Part shown: positions 12,831-26,839 of the stretch, one piece after another
How the letters are laid out: each line of letters starts with the position of its first letter
Position numbering within the stretch: the stretch's first letter is position 1
Assembly: GCF_009834535.1 (NCBI RefSeq)
Contig: NC_045697.1
Coordinates: forward strand, 23,934,001-23,998,000
DNA length: 64,000 nucleotides
Direction: 5' to 3'
Source: Camelus ferus
Taxonomy: Eukaryota
Translations under genes and position numbers: made by a program
The notes under the pieces: generated by a model
What the model saw: the letters and a program-made list of their open reading frames with translations, nothing else
Told to the model about the DNA's origin: nothing
Databases searched by the model: none

Positions 12831-14549
12831 GGTACTGGGTGGTAGACTTTTCATACTAGTCAGGTTGTAAATGTTTGGAATAGTCAAAATTAAAAATGCA
12901 AATACTAGATGGAGCCATGTTGAAGGAATAACTACTCTTAACATTGATATTTCTTCTGTTCATGTCTTCATTCATTTAAATACATTATATGCCTAGTATG
13001 GTCAAAGTACTGACTAGGAGCTGTAAACCGTACACCAGTTTGTGAACATTTTACCAATGAAATAATAGGATTATTATTTTTTCAAAATCTCTTCACATCT
13101 CTGAATACAGTTGATTCACAGAACAACTCTGGGCACCTTTAATTCATAAATAGTAATAATACTCATCTTTCAATTAAGTACTTATTGTATTAGAGATTCT
13201 GTGTTAAGATCTTTAAATACCTTTTTTTTTAATTTTACACTTTGAAAGGTTTATTTTAATTCCCATTTCAAAGCTGTAATAACTGTAAAACTGTAATATT
13301 AAACAAACTACATTCTATGTGGCAGAAGCAAGCATGATTCCACTGATGGTTAACTGTAGGGCCAATAACTAACAGCTGAAATAACTCTTCAACTCTGAAA
13401 TAAGTTTAACGCAGGCTAAAAGGGATTGTAAAATGTAAAATTTTATATAACTCAATTAAACCTGTTAAGAGTATTGATTAACTTTCCTGTTAAATAAAAT
13501 ACATTAGGAAGGACAGTAGAGCTGGGATGAAATTGTATCCTGGTATGCCTGAATTCAGTGTTGGATCAGTCATGCTTCATTTCTGTGTTGTTCTTGAGTG
13601 AGATTATTCACAAGTGTTGTTGACAAATGGAAATTCTAAGTACTGTTTTATTACTCTCTGGTGTAATTAGCCATTGCCAATATCCCAGCCTGGTTTGGAG
13701 TATACGTATAAAACAGGCTCTATAATCCAAGCACGGTCATTCTTTAAAACCAGAAATTCCAGTCTTGGAACCAGCAAACAGCCACTGAAACCTGGAAGAT
13801 AAACCACTTGGAGTATATATGATATGAAAGAAAGAGGATCTTCAAATATACCTACTCAGTCCATCAGTCTATTCACACAAACACATGGACAGAAGAAAAG
13901 AAGGCTGCAGAAATAAAAATTTTTACACTATGGGATGCAACTTAGTAAATGTAGCTCCAAGAGTATCATGGGATCAAACTAATAGGAGAGCTGTTCCTAC
14001 CTCTTAGAGTAAAGCTAAAAGGTAATTGTCAAAAGGATGGATGCTAAACTCTTAAGAACCATGTGTTTTTGGTTGGTTTTATTTTTGTTTGTTTTAATTA
14101 TAAATGTTATGCTTAATCACTAGGCAGCACTGCTTATAGCCAAATATCAAACCCGAGTTACAGTATTACTTTTCTTCCCGACCATCTTATGTTTAAGAGT
14201 AGGAAAAAAATACACAAATACAGAGAAAACAATACAGAATACCTTCAGTGATATACAGTCCATAAAACTGTAATCTTTTCAAGCTAAAATATATTTATTC
14301 AATACCTGATTTATGCATAGGTAAATGAGTCTAGAATTCCTGGCATTAACCTTTTAGGCAAATCCATTGTCTAGAATAATAAATAATGTAGTACAGTAAA
14401 AAAGACAGTTATCTTAAAGTCATGAGAGATGAGCTCTTCACTTTGTCTAATACAAACTATGAAATCTTTTGCCTTTATTTTTTGATTTTTAATATTTGAG
14501 GGATCACAAAGTCCTTCTAAGTTTGTAGTTTGAGAATTTTTTTCAATGT

Positions 14550-14830
14550 ATTTACCACTATAATCCCTACCAGTAATTCCTTAATCCAGATTCTCATCAG
14601 ACCCCAACTTAATTACTATAACAGCTTCTTAGTAATTATTTCTTTTTTCTCAATAATGAACTTTCTAAGATACAAATCTGCCCATGTTATCTCATCCTTA
14701 CAAACATATGATAGCTACACACCACTTATGAAGGGACTTTGAGCTTTTTAGCATGACATGGAAGACCCTCTGTAGTCTTAATAATGTCATCTTGACTAGT
14801 CACATCCCTTTCATTCTCTTGCATAGGACA
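14550..14830 (+). mobile_element. L2 fragment
   Basis: 'ttactataacagcttcttagt', 'ctttctaagatacaaatctgcccatgttatc', 'ttttagcatgacatggaagaccctctg'. Confidence 0.55.
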
Positions 14831-15407
14831 TTGCAGAAATATTAATTGATTTTCTGTTCTATATTCCTGGAAGCAAACAGTTTACAGTTTTCTTCTTCTG
14901 GATAACTTCCCTTTAAGTTTGATTGAATACCTCCAAATTCTAAATACACATTTTGTTAAAAGTATTTCTCATAACTTTATATAGTAACAATTTTTGTAAT
15001 ACTATAGATTGAAAAATCAATCGTAAAAATGCTAAGTTAATTCCTGAGGTTATGCTATTAAAAATTGAAAATGTTTGATTTCAAATCCTGTCTTTTGTAT
15101 ACTACATTTCATTGCCCTAAAAAGTTTTAATGGGACTGGAAACTAATCTGTCATATTTCACCTGAAGCATTGAACTTCATTTACCTCATCACAGAAGAAA
15201 TTACCCGAATGTCTATCTGATCATAACATCACCCTTAAAAGAAAGGTCAGGTGTCACATTTGTTATGACCATTTCCTGTAACTCTGTAAAGAAATAGATA
15301 AATCTTATTCTACTTGCTTTTTATATCCTATATATATTTGCAATATTTGATATATTTATTTAATGTTATATATTAAATATGTATTTAATATATTTATGGC
15401 ATTTAAA

Positions 15408-15452
15408 ATATATTTACACATTTACAATGTATTTGTAAATGTGTAAATATAT
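15408..15452. repeat. Perfect 20-bp inverted repeat with 5-nt spacer
   Basis: atatatttacacatttacaa (15408-15427) - tgtat - ttgtaaatgtgtaaatatat (15433-15452). Confidence 0.95.
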
Positions 15453-18400
15453 AAATATTACTTTTATATATCAAAACTATATATGAGCTATAAAATTCTA
15501 CATATTGATTATCTAATATATATGTATGCCTTGTTGCCTCATCTTCATAATTATACACTTAGCAAATAATATTATATATATGCAATTAGGAAAATATATG
15601 AATTGAAATCTTTTGTACAACCAATAGAAAATTGGTTAGAAAAAAAGTTAATTCTTTCATTGTTCTCATTGTATATCTAAGGTTTCAGTTTCCTTCTTTG
15701 TTTATATTCGTACTTTTCATTTCAAATATAGTGCACCAAAAATAACATGAGAGACTCCCTCCTTTTGCCTTCAAAAACTAAATTATTATCCTCCCTTCTT
15801 CTCTCCTAGCCTGCCTGCCTCCCTTCCTTTCTTCTTTCTTTCTCTCTTATTTTGAAAATGTGGGCCAACAGTTTTCTCACTATTTTTGAAGTTATTTACC
15901 AGCTACTCCATAAAAAGGAAGGCATTATATAACAAAAATATAAAGCAGGTCAGCTATCAGCATTATGAGCTGTTTAAGTAAGATCGTATTCCAAGTATAT
16001 ACAAATAAAAAAGCCTGAGACCCAGATCTGAATGGAGTGAATATGGTCAATAAAAAAAGTGTTTTAGTGCCTTCATTTTTACTGTTTGTTCCTGCTTTTA
16101 TGGTATAACTTGAAGACTTTCCAAATGAAAATACAGTAGGAGTCTGTGAGATTGAAACATCCAGTTCACTTTTCTTTTATTTTACTAGCTTAATTGGGAA
16201 AAAATACTGTACTGTGCTTTCCGTTGATGTATGTAGTCTGTTTTGGCATCTTTCAAGTCCCAGTAGGAAATTCTTTTTCTTTTGTTGTTTGACACTAAAA
16301 TCAGCTCATGTACTTGAAGCTGACAGCTCTTATACTTCTCTTCAGCTGCTACAGTCCACCACTTGCCCAATTACCTATTATTTCTTGTATGCGGGAATGA
16401 TCTTGCGCAACCTTGAATCATCCTGTAAGCTATAGTCAGGACTCCATGGACATCCCTGTTCATTAAATAAGGAGCTATTGTGATTAGTCACAATAGAAGG
16501 TTCAGCCCCAGTTTTTTTTAAGCCTTTCATGAAACTGGCACAGTCCATTAGAATGTCTATCTGTGGTCTTAACAACATTAATTCTTTAATTCAGGAAGTA
16601 CGACCCATGATCTTTTAACCATTTGAACCCAGAATGCTAGGTTGGTTTAGGAAATAATGTAAAAAAAAAAAAAATACCCTTGGGGGATTGAAAATAGTAA
16701 CAAATATCTTTATTACATTTTTACCATAGGCTCATATCTAAACATTTTTTTTTCAATTTACCAAGTTTAAAACAGCACCAAAGTCGTAAGCATTTGTTGT
16801 CTTTTTTCCTGTTCCATAATTCTTTAAAACAATAGTTATGTGAATAAATACGTGAAACCACTCAGCATGCATTTTTTCCCAAGTTGTTTAGATACACCTC
16901 CACCCCAACCTAGTAACACTAAGCAACCCTATTTTATTATGAAAAATGTAAACACATTCCACTTCTAATGCTAATGCAGAGAAGCCTATTGAAAAATATT
17001 TATTTCCCCATAAATGTTATGTTAAGTAACTTTATATAAATACCAAAACAATAGCAAGTCAGAATTATTTGTAAATATTCATCGTTAGGAACAGTGATTT
17101 CCTAAATAGATTTTAAAAAATGGATATTTATATATAAATCTAAGACAAAACTCAAAGTACAAATAAGACAAATTCATCTTAAAATCTTGAAAAATGTATT
17201 TCAAAGCAGGTTTATCTATGATATGATGGACATAGCTTGTCAAGGCCAATTCTTACCATTACATGGAGAGATCAGTAAAGGGTGCAGTGTGGATAGGGGA
17301 GACTTTTTCTTAAATCAAGGTTCAACAATTATTTTACTATAGTAATTAAAGTCTGGTATTCAATAGGTCATAGAATCAATTGACTGGAAGGCAGCTTCAG
17401 AGATCTTTGGTCCCTACTGACATTTTCCTGAGGACTTAAGAGTGTTACTGAGTAAAGAAGGACAGAATGGTGCTTATGTCAAATTATATTCACAAGAAAA
17501 CTGCAGGACTTAAAATATATACTATCTTGTCTTTTCTAAGTCATTTTTGATTTATTTATTAAAATGATATATAAGACTTGAATGACATTTTTAAAAATAA
17601 AATTTTTGTTATTTATCTACATATTAAGTGCCCTGTTTGCAGCACATTTAATTTGTTTTACAATTAAATATTTCAGTTTAATCTATGTGCTTGATAGTAA
17701 GGAATTTATAAAGTATAGATGTTCTTCAATATTTTGTGTTGACAGTAACTAAGAAACCTCTCCCACCCATATAATTTTTGAAACTATTAGCTGTTGTGTA
17801 ATAAATATATTAACTCTGAATGTACCACATTACATGCTTGACATATATCTGCCTTTAGTATTTGTTTCTTTAGTGCAAATTAGTAATATATGTAAATTAG
17901 AAAATTTTATTTATAACATTTATGTAACTTCACTTAGGTTGTTGGATTGATTGATTTATACTGATGACCTTTCAGAGTGATCAAATGCTTGAGGGTGAAT
18001 TTATAGAAAGCATAAAACCAACATAGTACATTTGTAAGTCAACCTTAAATAAATCTCACATTGTAAATAAATCAAGGTGTTGTGAATAATATTTAAGGCC
18101 ATTCATTCCCAACCATTCAGTCTCTTTGTCACATTATCATTTACAGTCCTTATATAGTACCTAACTATATAATACTGTCCCATTTCCTCATTATTTATAA
18201 GAGAAATATAATACAGATATTAAAAAAATCAACATAAATCAATGAAGTGATATATTTTAATTCCTATCTTATAGTACACACATTTAATGTTAATTAAGTG
18301 CTTAGGTGATTAAAATTGCCCAGAGAGATAGTAATGTTCAGAGCAATAAGAGAAAAAAAAAGGCAAATTTTATTTAAAAAAAGATCTTCTCTGCTCTAAA

Positions 18401-19689
18401 TTTGGTTATTTTTAATTATGTAAAATCTGCCTATTTAATTAATGTATGTGAGCCTACAAGTTTGTGTTACTCATTTAAAACAATGTATTTTGCCTGGTGA
18501 ACATTAGATGTAACATATCTATACAAAGAGAATCAGTAAATTATAACATATGATTGGAAGTAAATTTAATATTTCATCCATTCCAAAGTTGCATTATACA
18601 CTTTAGGAAAAAAAAGTATTTTTCTCAAATGTTTTTTTCAAAACTGAAAAAAAATCAGCCTGGAAATAGTTAACAGTACCAATCTTGGAACACCTGAGTT
18701 CTTCAGCAAGATTGAAAGCACCATGGAGCTGATGAGGGGATATTTGAAGTGCCAATCAAGGAGCTGTTCCCAAATCCTCCCACATGTTTGAAATCCTGCT
18801 GTCAAGAATATATTGGAAAGTTGTTCGTTCACTTGAGGTGACAGATACAGATTGTGACAAGCCTCATATTGGGACTTCAGCCCGAGGGGGTAACACAGAG
18901 TGCAATGAGAAATGCAGAATTAATGGAGAAAAATGTCACTTGCCAATCTCCCTACTCACAACTTATTTCACTTTGGACTACAGTTCACAGTATTATTTGG
19001 GAAAAGAAAACAAGCATATGTGAAATTTTATCTTGTATTTTATATTTGAATTCTTAAGACATAGTGCTTAAATTTAATAGAGGATCAAGTAAGTTTTTTT
19101 TTAAGTATTTCAATTAATTGTGTTTCTTAACTTAGTGAAAAAGTTAGTTACTCATGATAAAATTAAACTGGGAAAATTTGAATGGAGAAATTATATCTTA
19201 AATTTGAATACTTATTTGACTATCTGAATATATCATTGCTTTGGTGGTAGTAAATTCATCTCTGTATCTTCAGTTTTATCTTTCAATAAGACAATGCATG
19301 CTTAACTCTAGAGCTCTTTATTCCTCTCAAAGCACTTAAATAAACATCTCCTATATGATTTGCAGTTGAGGAACCACAAAGTCGACCAGTAGGTATTCAG
19401 AACCTGTATCTTCTGTGTTCCTAGGGCACTGTCCCCCCATTCTAGTTTAAGAACTTTCTAAGGCTTTAAAGCATCATTTCCATAGAACTGAAATTTGGGT
19501 GAAAATTATGTACATAGCTAAATGACATTTTTACGATAAAAATCTCAATAATTACAACTCAGCTTTACTGCATACCAGTTAAAGGAATTCAAACTTTTGG
19601 CCATTCTATTAAATCTTTACTAGTGTTAGCTTTTTTTGTGTAAATGGCAAAAGCACTTATAATATAGAGATTACACATATGCACACACA

Positions 19690-20900
19690 GAGAGAAACAT
19701 ACTCATAAACTGTTATCAAGAAACTAGAAATACTGATACAACATATATTGTGTTATACAAATGGAGAATATATCTTTTTTCCGAGCCCCAAGGAAAATTT
19801 GTCCAAGGATAATAACAATTTAAAAAAATAGTGATCACATAACAACACAGAAATTTTCAGTGAATTTCTGAAATCATAAACTGTATGTTGGATATTGTAC
19901 TATATTTTAATTCAATACAATATATTTAGAAATTAATGCAAATTAAATTAGCAATCCTCAATCATGTGACAGTTTTATAAAAAGTTTAAAAATATATTGG
20001 TTTAAAAAAGAAATTTAAGTAAAATAAATCAGAAGTTGAGACATATATAAAATCTGACTGTGGAGATGTTCCTCAATGAAAAAACCTATAACTTGAACAG
20101 TTTTATTTAAAAACTGGAAATTTAATTAGTGTTTATCTCTAAATTTAAAATTATTTTTTAAAAATTAATAAAACAGGAAACAAATAATAAATATTAAAAT
20201 TAAAAAGCAAGTCCTTTAATTATAAAATATAATTAACCATATATTTAAAATGGCACAAAGAAAAAATTCATGTATTTTAGAAAAAATTCATATAGTTTGA
20301 AAATTATACTAATTAAAATATATGAAAAGTAGATAATATTCTCTTGTAAAAATTAAATATTTATATCAATTTTGAATCACAAAGCATGAAGAAACATTTG
20401 GGTTTATAGCAATTTTCAAGAAATTGATCATCTGTTCTGAAAGTTTTGGATATTTTGAAAAAGCAGTTGTGGAAAAAATATTCTATTTTGCAGATGACTC
20501 ATAAAAATTATTTATATCAATAATAGCATTTAGTGAATTGTTATATGTTGGGATTTAAAAATGAGTAACTGTCTTTTCATGCAGTTATCTCTTAGAAAAT
20601 ATAATAGGAGTAAAGAATCCAACTTAGATTACAACACAAAACAACAAAAACCTAAGTTGCGAGATAGTTGTAAATAAAAATATACCTACATGAAGAATAT
20701 AAATTGACTCAACTTGTTTTTGCCAAAAAATGGAGAGATTTTGCAAATATTAATGCAAAGTAAATATCCTTCAACTAAAATTTTTATACTGTGTAAGCCA
20801 ATTCTAAATATTTGTTGAATATGTGAGAATGACTGCAAATCTGGAAAAAAAAAAAGCTTAAAATTTTTTTTCCTATCCAGATATTAATGAGTATTATGCA
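19690..20900 (+). mobile_element. Very old decayed L1 (L1M-type) ORF2 remnants
   Basis: A-rich strand bias and eroded L1 motifs, e.g. 'tattctattttgcagatgactc' (FADD region), 'caaatattaatgcaaag'; boundaries approximate. Confidence 0.45.
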
Positions 20901-23329
20901 TTCTCATTTCTTAAACTATTTCTGTTGCACAAAGAAAAATTAAATTAATAACATAAACTGAATAGGTTGTAATAATTTAAGTTAATGTTCAAAACATAAA
21001 TCTGTGCATAATGTCACTAAGGAAATAATGGCTAGAGGACTTATTAGGTATTTTTTTAAAATTCCAAATCAAATCTTCACTCCATACAAAAATATTTAAA
21101 AATTCAAAACGTTAACGATTTTTTTCTTTCCATGATTTTTCATCCATTTGTCCTATAGTAAGCATGTAGGAAAAATAAAATTATATAAAAGTAATTTTAT
21201 GTAATTTTTAGTCAAGTTTTTAATGTGTCCTTCATAAACACACATTTCATAAATTTATTAATTCCCCTTGGATTAGTTAGAAATGTCAGCATAATACAGT
21301 CTCAAATAAAAATTAAAAATCAACACACTCTTTGTAGTGTTGACAGTTAATAACAGCTGCAAAACATGAGAATCTATAATAATTTTCCTTGGATAACGAT
21401 ATGTTTTGACTATATATTCACTGATACTCTGTTAATGAGACATGCAGCAAATGCTGATTTCTCTGCTACTTTTCATAGAGCATCTTTCATTAAAATATTA
21501 ATAATAATAATTTTTGACCTGGAGGAATAAGTATGTGAATTTTCTCAAGTTATTATGCAAGAATATTTTTCTTTCCTTCCTCCCTTCCTCTTTTGCTCCC
21601 TCCCTCCATTTTTCCTTCCTTCTTTCCTTCTTTCCAATAGATAATGAATCTTCCTATCAAGGAAGCTTTTATACAGGAACAGACTCTATGCTATTAGGAG
21701 ACAGTATTATATTAATTTAAGTTATTGCCTTGCTGTAATTTTTTTCCATTTTATATATTTAATTGTAACAAGCTGAAAACCACTACATGTTTAGAAGTAG
21801 TGGCTGCTAGAAGCATGAAAGCCAAAGAGGGCATAAAAAGCAAAATAACTCTTATACTGATATTCTACAAAAAGTATGAGTATACTTATTTATTTATACT
21901 TTGGTTTGTGTCCTCCACTCCCCACTATAACCCTGCTTTCCCCAATAAAAAATTTTTTTTTTTTGATAAATAAAAAGAGACATCTTGTTTGGTATCATAG
22001 AGTAGACTGTAAACCCTGGTAGTATTTCTTAAAATCTGTTACTGCAGATTACTCTGTTAGAGATAGGTATTTATTTCTCTAATATCTTGGACAATTTTAT
22101 GTGTCATCTTGTGTGTATATGATCATGGAAACTACTAAAACTAACAGGGGCTAAAGTTTTTGTTGAGAATCAGAATGAGAAGATGTGATGAAAGGAAAAC
22201 GGTTGAAAATTTGATGCACTCCATCAACAGTATTAGTCACTCTGTAGAAGGAGACAATAATAATCTGGAAGTTAGTTTAAATTAATATTTTGTAGAAAGA
22301 AATCTGTCTCCTAAAATGCAAATTAGAATTTTTTGGTATTCAACATTTTCATCAGATAAAAGTTAATCAAATGTGAGGTATTCAGAATAACCATTAGTGT
22401 TATAACTTATATTTTTAGCCTTCTAAATAAAACCATATATAATCTGATAGAGCAAAGTGAATTGGTAGAATACATCAATATTCAGATGCAGGCTTCCTAT
22501 ATAAATTGTTTAGAATGAGTTGCTGATGGATTAATTTTACTTTAAGTCAAGATTAAGTGATGGATACAAAATTGATCAGTTTCCACAGGCATAAATTTTA
22601 ATTGGACTAGCAAAGTATGCCACAATAAAAAATTAAAATGTGCTTCTGTACGTACCCCATATACATACTCAAATGTAAATATCCATATGTACAGTTAAGA
22701 GAATAATCTGTTAACCATACTTTAAGGAGACATAAAATTATGAAACATGGACTTCTAAAATTTTATTTGAATTAATTTTTTAAAATGTTGAACAGGTAAA
22801 AGCAATAGTATTCTTATAGAGCATATATCTTCTTCTAAGAAAAATAGTGTGTTAAAACTGTAATAGCAAGTTGACTGACCGAAGGTGCAAAGTTGTGGTT
22901 TGGAAAGAGAAACTAGGAAAGGAGGGTTTGGGCATTTTTCCCTTTACAAATGTGGTAAAATTTTCCTGATTAGGAAAAAGAAATAGATAAATTCAAAAAA
23001 AAAAATGAACAGATTTGAAAAGCCATCTTGTCTGTAAATACAGTTTCATTAAGAAACACCTGAAAAAATAGCCCTTAAGAGACAGCAAGGACTGATAGGC
23101 ACAACACACCTTGCCATTTCCAGGCTTTATGCATTTACTAGTGTGCTGCCTATATTTTCCACCCATTGAAATCTTACTATTTTTAAATAAAATATTTTAT
23201 GGATGGTCTTTGACATCAATTAAAATAGTTTTTAGTAGATTTATATAATAATCGATTTATTATGATGAAAATATTAACAGATGTCCTATTGGTGGAATAT
23301 TATTGGTTACTTCTGAGAAAAAAAAATCA

Positions 23330-23840
23330 AAAACAAAAGAAAGCAGCCTCTGGCCTTGAGAAGCTGGCCTGACACTCATAGCTAAGTCATGTTATTGTCC
23401 CGTTAGACGTAAATTATCATACGTAATACCAACTTAAGATAACTCTGAGACCATGATAAAATGAGACAAAGCATGGCCATTTCTTAATTTTTTCTAAACA
23501 CATACAAAAATAAGTAGCCTATGCCACAAACAAAATACCAAACACCCCTTTTTTTGGTCAAAAGAAATGATTACTACTTTTTTACCAATTACAGCTTTAT
23601 CCTGCTGTCAGTTTCCCACCCTAGAGATAAGATTTAATAAGATACCCAGTCATACAGTTTTTTCCTACTCTCTAACATCATCCAATCTATAGCAAACTCC
23701 TACTGCTTTATACACTCCCCCCAAATCACCCAATGAAAACTCAAATCCTATACTAAATTTTTGCTAGCATCCTCTTATCGATATGGTGTGGTTCCCTGTA
23801 GTGCATATTTATGTGTTCCTGGTAGTCTTTGGCTATAAGA
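23330..23840 (+). mobile_element. ERV1 solo LTR (MER67-like)
   Basis: 'ccttgagaagctggcctgacactc', 'ttaccaattacagctttat', 'gataagatttaataagatacccagtcat', 'tgtgttcctggtagtctttggc'; family recalled from memory. Confidence 0.6.
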
Positions 23841-24344
23841 TATTGAAACATAAATAGAAGTTACATATTCTGTAATTAAAGTTTTCTTAGTATTAGGTGA
23901 AAAAACATAAAATTTGAGTTACTATTAATCAGCATTGATGCCTGTAATTGTGTATGACTTCATTTTGTTTTCATTCACTGAACATCTTTTTAAAATTGAA
24001 CCCTTACCATGTTCTAGGATTTTAAGGAACTGTTGTATATATAATGATGAACAAAACAGATGTATTCTTATCCTATTGTGGTTAATTCCAGTAGTGGAGA
24101 TACATGAAACTTGGCTACTTACTTGTCTGGTCATATAGATAGTGCTGGATACAAGTAACTGCAAGGCCTCCCCAGTCTCAATATCAAGAATGGTTTCAAG
24201 CCCCCAGAAACTTTATTCTGCAGTATTCCTTCTAGTCTCCTGACTTCTACACGTTTCACATCCCATCAGGACATCAGAACTTAACAATCTGTTGATTCTA
24301 CCCATTTTTCAATCCCACATTAGCTTCATTGCTTCATCTCTTCA

Positions 24345-24478
24345 TTTTTTTTTTTATTTTATTTTTTTGTGGTGGGAGGTAATTAGGTTTATTTATTTTT
24401 TTAATGGAGGTACTGGGGATTGAACCTAGGACCTCATGCATGCTAGGCAGGCACTCTACCACTGAGCTATACCTTCCC
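24345..24478 (-). mobile_element. tRNA-derived SINE (camelid Vic-1-like)
   Basis: Minus strand gggaaggtatagctcagtggtagagtgcc...ggttcaatccccagtacctccattaaaaaaataaataaacctaattacctccc + A tail; A and B boxes; TSD tgct(t)catctctt at 24330-24342 and 24481-24492. Confidence 0.9.
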
Positions 24479-26839
24479 ACTGCTCATCTCTTAAATTCTA
24501 CTGTCTGTCATTTTCGTCTTGCGTCTTGTTCTCCTCTTTAATTTTATTGAATTCATTTGGGGAGGGGGACCGGCTAAGACAGATAAAACAGTTCTGCTCT
24601 CTTTGGCAGTAGCTAAATGTAGCTGTAGAGAAAAAAAAAAGGAAAATATACATGGATAGTTTCCAGTTAAATTATTGACCAATAACATTAAATAGGCTCT
24701 TAATATTTCTGTTCATCCTACAAAATTCCATGGTTTATCAAGCTCTCTCTGTCTAGAATATTTATTTGTAACCCCTAATGTCTTCAGATCTCCAACACTA
24801 TTTCCCTCGTCCTTACTCTCAGTTGATGTCTTTGCTTTCTTATTCACTGATAGGATAGAATAAATAAGAAGACAAATTTTAAATAATACCGTGACCACAT
24901 CCGGACATCTGCCTAGATTTATGCCCATATACTCTGAATTGCTGATTACTATAGATGGACTATCTGGGTTCCTGTCAAAGGTCAAACACTCAACTAATTC
25001 ATTAGATACACAGATGGTGACGAAGAAGGAAGTGTTCTAAAAATGGAAGAAAACAGACATGTCTCAGTATAAGGATAACAGAAATATTTATTGACCAATC
25101 TATGGGGAAGGAATTTAACAATACATTTAACATTAAGATACATATAGCCTTTGACCCAGTAACTTTACTCAATAATTCTATATACAAATGTCATACTTAT
25201 AAATGTATGTGTATATATATATTATAAGTGTATGCTATATTTATATACCATATGTTTTACATATATATTTATATATACTTGTAGCAATGCACATTATATA
25301 CACACATAAATATATTATTTTCTAATTTATGAAATGTTGCATTTACAAGGATACTCACTGAGGTTTTGAAGAGTATAAGAATAGAAACAAACATGTTCAA
25401 ACTCCTGTAGATTATAGGACATTTATAAAATGATAAATTATTCTGTTGTTATAAAGGAAAAGAAAACTGATATGTACTGATACATAAAACTTACAAAATA
25501 TTACCTAAAAAAGAGCAAGGGGCAAGAAGTTTATGTAGTTTGCTGCCATTCATGATACCCTATATTGCCATATACATAAAATGCAAACCTAAATTTGTTT
25601 ATTGGTTAATTTCACAAATACTTACGGAGTTTCTCTTTTTATGAGAAGAATTCTAAAATCAAGGAATAGAGCAATGAAAAGAATACCAAATTATACTATA
25701 CTATTTTTTATCGGTATTAACTTTGCAGGTGTCAAAACATTGAGTCTGATTTCACCTGTCTTTTACCTTTAAAATGAATTTTGAGTTTGCTAGATCCACA
25801 GAATTTTGACTCCTTACCCCATTGTTACAGTTGTTACCTGTGGGATTTTGTTGATTCCTCTGCTTTTACACTCTTGTTTCCTTTAATTTGCAGTTCCTAT
25901 CAACCATGATAGCCAGCTCTTGTTGATATCCTTAGGCAATATTCATTTGACACGTTTGGGCACATTTTAATTCTGTTGTCAAAAAGTCTCCAAATACAGT
26001 CATGGAGAAATGGTAGTTCTTAAAAATATCATTTTAATAAAGCACAATGATAATTTAAATACATCAATAAGAAGTAGTGAGAAGTAAATATAAAAGTATT
26101 ATTTCCCCCCAAAATGCTTAGTAAATGTTATTGGATACGAAAGTGATCTCACAAATACCAAGTATTCAGATAATATCTTCCTAGTGGGCTACACTAAAGT
26201 AGATGTTGATTATTCAATATAAAAGTCATCTGTTTCATGCAGATGGATTAAAGTATTGCCTTCATGGCAATACAGTTGTAATTTGTAATTCTCAAAATAT
26301 AAATAAAATTAAATGAGGACAGATGGGCAGATGTGAAAAAATAAACTTTTCAGGAAATTTTTTTGTGTGCATTTTTAAATGCAAGCTTGCACAAACTAAA
26401 TTTCAAAATACATTTTGTAATTCTGGTTTATTTAGTATGTAGCTGAAATTGAAATGAAAAGCTAGATCATTAAAAGTAAAATAACTCTTATGTTTGTAAG
26501 TATTTATAATATTTTAGAATCTTAAAATTTTCCAGTTATATGGACTTTAGATTTCCTGTATACATATAGTTCCCTCCTCACCCCACTAATAAAGAAATTT
26601 GAGTTACTATCTCAGATATTTTCATTGAGGTACAGGTTTTTTTCTTCTTTAATATTGGAGTCAATATTTTCTGTCTTTTTTTTTCTTACTTCCATAGCTG
26701 CTATGAACAATGTCAAAAAACACTTATTTACTTTATCTACTTACTTTTAAGTCCTCTTCTTAGAAGCAATATCAAACTACAATTTACTGATAGATAGAAA
26801 AAATATTTAAGAAGAAATTATATGATGTCTTTCATAGCA

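Noticed and set aside
24400..24478. tRNA-like sequence with A and B boxes
   Set aside because: It has a SINE tail, poly(A) and TSD, and the acceptor stem is not intact; it is a SINE, not a tRNA gene.
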